The translations under genes and the position numbers were made by a program. The notes beneath the pieces were generated by a model. That model saw only the letters and a program-made list of their open reading frames with translations, had not been told where the DNA came from and made no database searches. DNA of 63,910 nt, filler included, from Reticulomyxa filosa (taxonomy: Eukaryota; Protista; Foraminifera): the NCBI GenBank assembly GCA_000512085.1. It is 12 parts of 12 records of this genome, joined end to end, with 100 filler letters (N's around TTAATTAATTAA, not from the genome) between each part and the next. Parts side by side here need not be neighbours in the genome. Positions count along the whole stretch, not along the records: positions 50,778 to 55,074 come from ASPP01007409.1; positions 55,175 to 63,910 come from ASPP01019913.1; 10 more parts are not named here. One strand, 5' to 3'. This document shows, one piece after another, positions 54,118 to 63,910 of this stretch (positions are counted from its first letter, which is position 1; each line of letters begins with the position of its first letter).

Positions 54118-55265
54118 ACTTCCACCAGCTCTTTTTTACTTGGAATATTAGCAGAAGGCGCAGTTTACTCCCAAAACTAGCGACGACATAAACAAAAACT
54201 GTCCATCAAGAACTTATCACAAATTAAATTTAGCGTCTTCAGGAAAATTTTGCTGTTAACATAAAGCCTAGACACAAAGAAATAAATAAAACTCAAATCT
54301 AATATCATTTAAGAAAAAGAGTTTATAAAGTGTTTATTTTGATAAACGAGAAAAATATTTTTTAAAGATATATGCACGTACTGGCTTAAACAAATGATCC
54401 TTTTTCCGAGACCAGTCTAAAAAGGTTCTTTGGTAGCAGAAGAAAACAAACTCTAACATCTTTTGCTGTTAAGACGCAATGGACCTTGTTGTTGATGCAA
54501 ATATCCTCGACACGAACTTTCATGTTGGTGCTAGTCCATTATATCGCGAAAAAAGGATGATGCGTGCCCAATTGATTCAACTTTTTTTACTGTCGTTTGG
54601 ATACACCACGTCAGTGGGATTTCGAAACGCGGTCAGGTTTGATGATCAAAAAAAAAAAAACTTTGATTGAGATGACATTGGAGTTGAACAGAGTACTGCA
54701 ATATGTACTTTTGGCTCATAGTGCATCAGTAATGCATGAATCAATACCTTTGTCCCAATCGTCCGACCTGGCCAACTACAGCACTAACCGAGAAAGTCAG
54801 GACATGAAAGTGAGTAAAAGCGTGGTGAATGCATTATGGTTGTATTGTATGACAATGACAATTTGCGCATTTTGTGGAGTTTTAATTTTGTCGATCATAC
54901 TTGGGCGTGCCAATGCGAGTCAATACATTGTCCAATACAGGCAGGAGTTCCGACATTGGAATACAAAGCAACAAAAAGAGGCACCACAAACTGGTTTGTT
55001 GTGACAATAGAAAAAAAAACTTAACAAAAAAAAAAAAATAAAATAATAAAAAGTGTTAACTATTAATTATTACANNNNNNNNNNNNNNNNNNNNNNNNNN
55101 NNNNNNNNNNNNNNNNNNTTAATTAATTAANNNNNNNNNNNNNNNNNNNNNNNNNNNNNNNNNNNNNNNNNNNNATATAAATATATATAAATATATATAA
55201 ATATATATTTATATATATATATATTTATATATTTATATATTTATTTAATATACAATTCAATCTCA

Positions 55266-56499
55266 CCAAAATGTATCGCAAAATAATAACATTAAGATCA
55301 TCAATCCATCCAAGTTTGAGCACTGCTGAACGAACCCAACGTTCAACGATGGCTTGGATCAGCTTTTTAGTTGTTAGTTTTTTAAGATCAATATGATCTT
55401 TCATGTCTTCCAACTCCGCTTTGATCTGTTCAATCTCTTTTTTTCTATCTTCCATCACAACCCATTGTTTCTCAATTGCTGTTGTCCCTTCTTCGCCTCT
55501 CATCCATGGTATCAATATTGTTTCCATATGTGTCGATAGTGATTTGTCTCCGTCATTCCCTCCAATGATATGCACATATCTGCCATCTTCACTTACAACC
55601 GCAGCACTGTCACTCAATGCGATTGGTAAGAGCTGTGCAAATTTCATCCATCTGTTTGTCTTTATTGAATATTTGTACACTTTATTGGAATAGCCAGATT
55701 CGGAGCCACTTTCCCCGCCAAAAAGCAATATGAAACCATTCACACAAACATATCCATACGACAAAAGTGATCTCAATTCGGTACAAATTCTCACTTTATG
55801 GAATTGAAAATTGTTATTTTTTTCATCGTATGCAATCGACAATCCTATTTGTTTACAAAACAATATCATTTCGTATACGTCTTTCTTTGGAGTGTTCCAC
55901 TTTGCTGATCGGCATCCTGTCGCCATCACAAAACAGTGATATAATACCCGTGCATCAATCGGCAAGAAACCTCTTTTTAGATATTGATGTTTGTCCAAGT
56001 CAAATACGTCTATACAATTTGGACGATATGTAATAAACAACAAATGATTGTTACTCCCTCCAATTAATGCACGGACTCCAAAATAACTGTCTTCATTTTC
56101 TCCAATTATTACTGGATTGTTTGCATTGTCTGTAAAAGGAATCCACTTATTATAGCTTTGCACGTTACTATCTTTAAATACACTCCAACTGCACATATCC
56201 CACACACTTATGTATTTCATTATTAATGTATGCTTTTTCCGATTTTCAGAGCCACCAATTGATAACAACGTAATTTCATTTGGATCTGTTTTGCTCACAC
56301 GCTTTACTACGCAATGTCCCTGTAATTCAACTCTCATTGGGTAGCGACAAATAAGTGCATATTTTTTTTTTTTTGTATGATAGGAATAACACTCACGTTG
56401 ACTCAGTCCTCCACAAATGATGATTTCGTCTTTGTAGGCCACACATTGAGAATTCTGAAGTAAAATTGGCAAATGCTTGATAGATGTAATATCGACCAT
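55266..56499 (-). CDS. Kelch-repeat beta-propeller protein; probably continues after an intron into the gap
   Basis: Kelch GG motifs IIICGG, LLSIGG, LLFGG..VYKYSIKTNRW and VHIIGG. C-terminal WVRSAVLKLGWIDDLNVIILRYIL is followed by the donor GTGAG and a TA-repeat intron. Confidence 0.85.
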
Positions 56500-56735
56500 T
56501 ATTACAAATTTATTTCAGATGTCACGCTTGACACGGTTTTCAGAGTATTTTTGGAGAAAGGTTAACACTCCAAAAAAGAAAAAACTTAAAAAAAAGAAAA
56601 AACAACGAAACACAAAAAATTGATAATACTGATGAGGTATATTTAAAAAACTTAGAACTATTGCTTTTTTTTGCACAAACTTAAACTGTCAAACAAGCTG
56701 AACTTTGACAAAGGGCGTAAGCCAATTATATTTCC

Positions 56736-57656
56736 ATGCAACTCAGAACAAATTGCAAAAGGTGCAACTACAATTCCCTTTGGAGCGTACCAGATTTTCT
56801 TATTCCCTTTTCTTGTCTTCAGTGTGTGGCATACAAACATGAACTTCTCGTTTGTGGAAGTTACGGTAATAATAACTGTTATTCATATCATACTCTAAAA
56901 AATCAGTACAAACTCATCTGCTCTTATCTGGATGATATTAGCTTCTATAGACACTGTGTGGCGAAGTAAATGAATGATACCAATTTAAATTACATTAAAT
57001 TGTTATCTTTTGGTGGAGAAGGCAGAAAACAAACAAAGCATACATTTAAAATGAATTATGTGAGTATCTGGGATGACAACCCTGAGATTGAGCAAATAAA
57101 GAATTGTAACAAGTGGTTACCTTTTACAGACAATTGTAACAAGCGAATTAATATTGGGAGATATGATGACAATTACCACGGGACATGTGCAGTGTCGGTG
57201 GAAGTGATAATCATTTACTGTTCATTGTCTAATTGTCGATCAAATATGATGAGCATGAAAATGTATTTCAATTTCAAACATTGCAAGTTTGTTCGACAAT
57301 TCCACGGACATTCGGGTTATATTTTGAAAGTACACTTTTTTCCAGATGGCTTGTTTGCTTTATCGTGTTCAAATGATTACACTGTTCGAATATGGGATGT
57401 CAAATCAGGAAAAGAATTTAAAAAACTTGAAGGATATTCGAATGGAGTATGGGATACAAAATATTCACCGGATGATCTTACTGTTATTTCATGTTCAAAT
57501 GATCAAATGGTTCGATTGTGGAATCTACAATTAGAAATGGAAATACAGAAATTAGTACTGGACGAAAATGTTGCAGGAATTGATATTTCACCAGATGGCA
57601 ATATAATTGTATCTTGTTCTGGAGATAAAGCAATTCAATTATGGAAAGTGCTATGA
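56736..57656 (+). pseudogene. Kelch remnant joined to WD40 repeats
   Basis: QCVAYKHELLVCG..CYSYHT and NKWLPFTDN are paralogous to the adjacent Kelch gene. In-frame TAA at 56967. Then GHSGYI..FFPDG..SCSNDYTVRIWD and two more WD40 repeats. Confidence 0.75.
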
Positions 57657-58019
57657 AACACTTAACAGCAATTTCAAAAAGTATATAGTTGCTTCTTTTT
57701 TCGTTTTCAGGCAAAATCTGTGGTTAATTTGAACGAAAGTATATCTTTTCATAGTATATTTTTTCAAACTCTTGGGAACACGATAAGTTCTGCGTTCAGT
57801 TTTTGGAGCAATTACAAATAAATTCGTGAATTCAAAATACTTAGCTTGTCAGCCGAAATAATGGATAATATGACTTCATTTGAAACAAAAGAAACCTTAT
57901 CACGAATCTATTTAGGTAACCAAACGTTTTAGTTTAAACAACCAATCAAAATACAAATGTTTGAATAAAAATAAATAACTAAATAAACAATAATAAAGAA
58001 AAAATAAAACTGACAATTG

Positions 58020-58418
58020 TAACATTGTTCCATCTTCATGGGATAAAATTTTTCGAATTGGGAAATTACAACAAAAAAAGCAAGTCAAATATTCAAAGGT
58101 TATTCAAGTCGTGCCAGTGATGATGGCCAACATATTGTATTGTCTTCTAATGATAAAATCATTGGAATTTGGAATGTGGAGTCAGATGAAAGGATAAGAA
58201 AATTGGTTGGCATTCAGATCATGTAATAAGTGCACAATTTTCTCCAAATGGTCTTTTCCATTGTGTCATATTCAAATGACAAAATAATTCGAATATGGGA
58301 TGTGCAATCAGAAAGCGAATTAACAAAATTGGAGGGATGTTCAATTATAACAAGAGATGTGAAATGCCTGCCAAATGGAGATACTATTGCATCCTGTTCA
58401 TTTGATGGAACAATTTAA
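58020..58418 (+). pseudogene. WD40-repeat remnant
   Basis: SSNDKIIGIWN, SYSNDKIIRIWDV and SCSFDGTI*, with frameshifts. Confidence 0.7.
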
Positions 58419-58806
58419 TTATGTGATGATTTTTATTATACAAGAGTAACAAATGACAAAAATAATTTTATAGCAATGAAACAAATTGATTTGTAAGCAA
58501 TTATATAATGTTTTTACACTTTTTTATTTAAGTAACTTTAATCAAAATCTTTTTTTTCGCTACAAAATCATATTCTTTCACTCTGTCTTTTTTACTGTGT
58601 ACATAAATTTTATTTTACGCCAACCAAAACTGGCTTTGAAAAGGAGCCCATGACGTGTTGACAACAAAAAAATAGGGGCAATCACACACGAAAAAACACA
58701 ATATTTCTTACTTTTCTTTTGTTTTCAGCAACATTTATTTATTGTAAATATCTATCCTTTGACGGTTTGTTATCTTCGAAACGTGCGAATCTGTGTTTTT
58801 ACTTGA

Positions 58807-61047
58807 ATGAATATATACCAATTGGGAAAACTGGTGGCAGTCAGTATTGCGATTGCTTGCACTATACAATATCATGGAGTATACGGTTTCAGCATACCCG
58901 AAGAATCCGTTGGTATGTCGAAAACTTTTTTGTCTTCAAGAGTAAGTTGGTTATGTCTTTTTTTTTGTTTTGTTTTATGAGGGGAAAAAAAAAGAAGATA
59001 GCAAACATATATTAGCACTCAATACACACATACAACGCACAATGCCCAAAACAAAAGTGAAACATATAATCGGGATCAGTTTGGGAGGCACCAATTCACG
59101 TGTTGGAGTGATGACAAATGGAAAGGTGGAAATCATTGCCAATGAATTGGGAAACAGAGCGACTCCATCTTTTGTAGCCTTTACAGAAACGGAGGTATTG
59201 GTTGGCGACGCAGCAAAAAATCAGGCTCCAATGAATCCTCAAAACACAATATTTGGCATGAAATGGTGTGTACAATATGTATATTTGTATTTATTATTAT
59301 TGTGATTGTTATTCATTGGAGTGATTACATTGTATAATGACAAAGGTTACTCGGCCACCGTTTTAGTGACAAAGAAGTGCAAGGTTATATAAAGGCATGG
59401 CCATTCCAAGTCATCGATAAAGAAGACAAGCCTTACATTAACGTTACTTATAAAGGTGAAGTGCATCTATTTTCACCAGAGGACATATGCGCAATAATTT
59501 TGAAAAAAATGAAAGAGATTGCAGAAAGTTATTTGAGTGAAAACATCACTTATGCTGTTCTAACCGTACCCGCTTATTTTGAAGACGCGCAAAGAACAGT
59601 TTTTTTTTTTGTTTTTGTTTTGATGATGGCGTGTCCTTTTTTTTTTTTTAAAAAAAAAAAAAAAAATTGTTAACAAATAAAAGGCACTGCAAAAAGTAGG
59701 GAAAATGGCAGGTTTCTCATGGACACGTCTTTTTCTTGAGCCTTATGCGACGGCCAATTTGCAGAAGCTTCACACAGAAGCGAATATCACTGTGGTGCAT
59801 TTTGGAGGAACTGCCTTGGGTATTGCAGCAATGGAGTTCGACGAGGGGGTATATACAATAATGGCAATGAGCAAGGATATCCATTTGGGTGGCAATGACT
59901 TTGATCAAAGGTAAAAAAAAAAATTTTCTTTTTTGTTTCCACTAATTAATTAATTAATTCCCTTAAAAAAAAAAAAAAAAAGGATTGACTGATTACTTTG
60001 TGGATACGTTTGCACATAAGCATAATGTGGATTTGCGTGCATATCCTTGCGCATTGGGCAGACTGCGCCGCGCATGCACTCATGCAAAGCATGCGCTATC
60101 ATCCGAGACACAAGTGCAAGTCGAAGTTGCAAACTTGGTCGACGATATCGATTTTAATGAGACACTGACACGTATACAATTCGAAGAGTTAAATCAGGAT
60201 TTGTTTCAAAAAGTGATCGATTTGTTGGATCAAGTGCTGCAAAAGTCAGATTTTAAAAAATCGGACATTCAACAAGTGCGTTTTGTTTTGTTTAAAGATA
60301 AGTTCAATAAACAATACAATTTTTTTATTTTTTATTTTTTATTTTTTTAAAAAGGTTGTTTTGAGTGGCGGCTCCACTTTCATTCCAAAGATTCGACATA
60401 TCGTGCAAGAATACTTCAGTGACATAGAAATTCATTTCACTAACAATCCGGACGAGACACAAGCGATATCAGCTGCGATTGTTGGGGACATTTGGACTAC
60501 TCCTATCCCCCCACTGATACCCTTAGAAGTGGTACCTTTGTCGATTGGCATTGAAACCATTGGAGGAGTCATGACCCGGTTGCTCCACAGAAACACAGTG
60601 ATTCCAACTATAAAGTCACGGGTATTTACTACCTGTCGAGATAATCAAAAGGCAATGCACTTTCGTTTATTTGCAGGAGAATATGCGAAAATTGCTAATG
60701 ACATCTTTTTAGCTGAGCTCGAGATCACTGGAATTGAACCTGCCCCACGGGGGACTTCTCAAATTGAAGTCACAATAACAGTCAATATTCAGGATGATGT
60801 GCAGGTGGATCTACACGCCAGGGCTTCTAAAACGTCGCAAAACTTTACAATCACGTCTATTTCTATGCCTTCACAAACATTCACTAATAACTATCTGGAT
60901 TACTTCTTTTCTGAAAATTCAGAATTACCCACAAATTTACATCAGTTGAGTGAAGTTCAAGCCAACTTATCTGCTTGTCTTTTAGATTCGGATCATCCCT
61001 CAGCAAATGAAATAAAACTGCTTGGTGCTTATCACAGCGATTTATAG
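58807..61047 (+). CDS. Divergent ER-type Hsp70 (BiP-like) with degenerate ATPase motifs and no lid
   Basis: Exon 58807-58912 encodes a signal peptide and splices to 59016. Hsp70 blocks [58 protein letters not shown] and [12 protein letters not shown]. Ends in HSDL. Confidence 0.88.
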
Positions 61048-61489
61048 TTTTCGTTTCTCAAACCTAGTTCTCTGGCTTTTCAATGTTTTTTTTTTTGGGA
61101 TAAAGAATAAAAACATGTTAATGAAATTAATTTCTTTGGAAATTTCATTATTTGTCTTGTTTAGGGAAAAAAAAACGAGTTAACAGTTTGAAAACAACTT
61201 TATTACATATTGAGGCCTTCGAAGTGGTCAACATGTCAAAGTGAAACAAATATTCAACCCTTTTTATGAGTTGGCTCCTTTTAAAGTCTGGAGCCATTAT
61301 ATCCATTGTTGTGCAAAATAGTAAATTATTAAAAATAGAAGACAGCTTAAAAAATATCTTTGTAATGAGTATTGAACTTAATAATAAAAAATAGGTATTT
61401 TTTTGATTAAGAAAAGGTTTGTTGAAGCCAAAATAGCTCTTCTTTTATTTTTGTAAAATCAATCTACTTTAGAGTCATATTGCATTGTC

Positions 61490-61680
61490 TCAAGATGATG
61501 CCGTTAAATCGTCGATCAGATGAAACATCAGCAACTATAACGCAATGCAAATTTCATTCCAGTTTTGCACAGTTTGTACCTGATTTCATATCCCATAGTC
61601 AAATTGTATTGTCAAGTGAGACCAGAACAATAATTACACCATCTGGTGAATTACACATTCTTTCAAGATTTGCACATTTT
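61490..61680 (-). pseudogene. WD40-repeat remnant
   Basis: SPDGVIIVLVSLDNTI*LWDMKSG. Confidence 0.55.
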
Positions 61681-62669
61681 TTGGCTCCACTTTTCGAAAT
61701 CGAATTGTATTTCGGACAATTCCTTTGTTCTTTAATCTGACTTGGCATTCGATATGGCAATTGTTTCGTCACGTAAACTTGATGCAATGGTATTGCCACA
61801 CAATGGAAGTTGAGCACTTATTACGGCATAGAAATGTTATCTGATAAAAATTACTTGTCTCAAATGTTCGTTCAGTTAGCGTGAAGCAACCTTCTCAATT
61901 GGGTGTCTCATATGCGACTCATTTTGACAAAAAATGCCGAAATAACTCTGATTCCATTTAGTAAAAATTGTACTGTTCCACGTTGTCAGAACGTCCGTTA
62001 AATATCTACACTAGACATATTTCATCTTCTCTTTTTAAGATAGAAGCACAAGCCTATTGTGAAGTAGATATTTGGCTGCTTTCCTTTTGACAACTCATAG
62101 ACACCGATACAATTTCTATTCTTCATCAGTTGTAAAACCGAAAAAAAATGAATTTTAAATTTCTATTTTAGCTCCTCCACCAAACAATAAACAGTAATTA
62201 AGCATTAGTTTTGTATATCCTGATTCAATTCAGTGCGAGAAATATTAGATTGTTTGATTTTACGTCTTTCTCAAATGAAAAAACTACCTGTCAAAAAAAC
62301 TTGTTCAAAAAAAAAAAAAAAAATCATAGAATCTTTTTTTATAATAAATCTCAGTAAGTTGAATAGTCGTTGCTTTTAACATTTCTCTCCTTCTCAAGAT
62401 GCAATACGGTAAGCGAACTGTACTTTCTTTTTTCTCAAAGATATAAGAAGTCATGAACGAACAAACAACAAACCATGTTGATTTATTTGTATTAACAACA
62501 GCTACTCGAGGTATGTTGAAAGTATCACCTTAAGGATTGATAATAAAAATTCTTGTTTCCCGCAAAAGCGCGTTCAAGAGATGTGTCTTCTTTTCTCTCA
62601 AGAAAATCTTGTAGAACTATGACAAAGAAGGCAAGATGAATATAATGACAATCCTTGTATAAACAAGAA

Positions 62670-63910
62670 TAACACATGATCATGGTTTAATAGGCAAACT
62701 GAAATGCAACGGAGGGATGCAAGACAACAACGGTCAAAGCGTTGTAAATGAAGGAAAAAGGAAATATTCAAAGGAGATAAAAAACCTTGGCTCGATTATT
62801 CGGAGAATCGATGAGTGAAGAAGATTTACAACAAAAAGTAATATATCACAATGGGAACATTGAATTGGTAATCAAAGATCTCGTTCAACAATCCGTTGAA
62901 AAAGAGGTATGAAAAGATAATAATATAGCATTCTATCGATATTGAATATTTCATTTATTTGACACATACATATACATATATACACACATATATATGTATA
63001 TATATATATATATATATATAAGTATAAACCAGAAGCAGAAAGAAAAGTCAATGAATTGGAAGACACAGAAAAGGTAACGACAAAATAATTTAATAGTTTA
63101 TAGTTTGGATTTGATTTTATTGTTTCTTGTTTTGGATAATAAACAGAAACAAGAATATGAAAAAATCCCGAATGAAAGAAGTAAGAGTGTACAAAAGGAA
63201 ATGGAAAAAACAGAAATTGGAGAAACAAAACCAGGAATTAATCTGCAAGGATATTGTAACAACGAAATCTGTTTGGCTGCAAAAGCTAAATTACCGGCAT
63301 GGATTAATATCGGATTTGACAATATTACATTTATTTCAGATAAAACTTCTTTCAATTGTCCTGATTGTAAAAAAGAAACAGTTAGTTTAATTGTAAAAGC
63401 AATGTTTTATAATTCCGAATATTCGATTTGTGCAAATGATGATTTAATACCTGTGAAGGATAATAACTATCAATGCTCATATACAATCAAGCCTGCATTG
63501 TCATATGAATTGAAAGCAAACAAAATAAAGCAACACGCAACGAGCATTGAAGATTTAAGAGAAAGGAGTGAACAGGCAATGAACAGTGTCGAAATAAACA
63601 ATTTGGTGACAGAATTACAGAAATACGAAATTATGGTTGTGAAGCCACCAAGTTTGAAAGGAAATGAAAGATTATTGGAAAAAATTCAAGCAGATTATGA
63701 TGGTGATTTTAATCAAGCATTTGATATTGGAAGATTTACTATTTTATGTGATAATCCAACCAAATTACAAACTGCAGTTGTAGTTATGAAAAAAGCAGAA
63801 CAATTCAATTTGATCGTTTCAGAAGACAAAGACTTCTTTAGCAATCCATCAAAAACTCATCATCGTTTTCACAATATTAAATTGTTTGTTCCAAAACATG
63901 ATGTATATAT
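62670..63910 (+). CDS. Multidomain protein: GG-MQ motif, CUE/UBA-like domain, Cys4 Zn module and RelA/SpoT-like nucleotidyltransferase; 3' end outside window
   Basis: Introns 62907-63022 and 63074-63146. Exon 63147-63910 is open to the window end: GINLQGYCNNEIC...CPDC...PPSLKGNERLLEKIQADYDGDFNQAFDIGRFTILCD...KTHHRFHNIKLFVPKHDVY. One homopolymer frameshift at about 62780. The start is unresolved. Confidence 0.75.

Noticed and set aside
54479-55004. Possible small membrane-protein gene
   Set aside because: One hydrophobic stretch, unclear exon structure and no recognisable family; too weak to call.
1-63910. tRNA, rRNA, snRNA genes, CRISPR arrays or a prokaryotic operon
   Set aside because: None recognised by eye. 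A covariance-model search (tRNAscan-SE, Infernal) would be needed to exclude small RNAs.

Overview
AT-rich, intron-containing eukaryotic genomic DNA. Eleven artificial 100-nt spacers (44N-TTAATTAATTAA-44N) join the contigs. The microsatellite-filled introns, expanded Kelch/WD40 families and many pseudogenes resemble the foraminiferan Reticulomyxa filosa (inference, not verified). Recognisable genes are a CLC Cl-/H+ exchanger, a 3-RRM SR-like protein, TMEM144, a disrupted RNF213-like AAA+ fragment, a fused ATP sulfurylase-APS kinase, an NF-YA-like factor, PRP8 (about 6.1 kb in one reading frame), an M1 aminopeptidase, Kelch/WD40 genes and remnants, and a catalytically degenerate ER Hsp70. A decayed LINE retrotransposon is also present. 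The most notable signal is missing from the ORF track because it runs off the right end: a spliced gene with a GG-MQ motif, a CUE/UBA-like helix bundle, a Cys4 zinc module and a RelA/SpoT-like nucleotidyltransferase domain. A decayed second copy lies at about 47.7-48.4 kb, which suggests an expanded family. Single-base frameshifts, often in homopolymers, are common, so some apparent pseudogenes may be sequencing errors.
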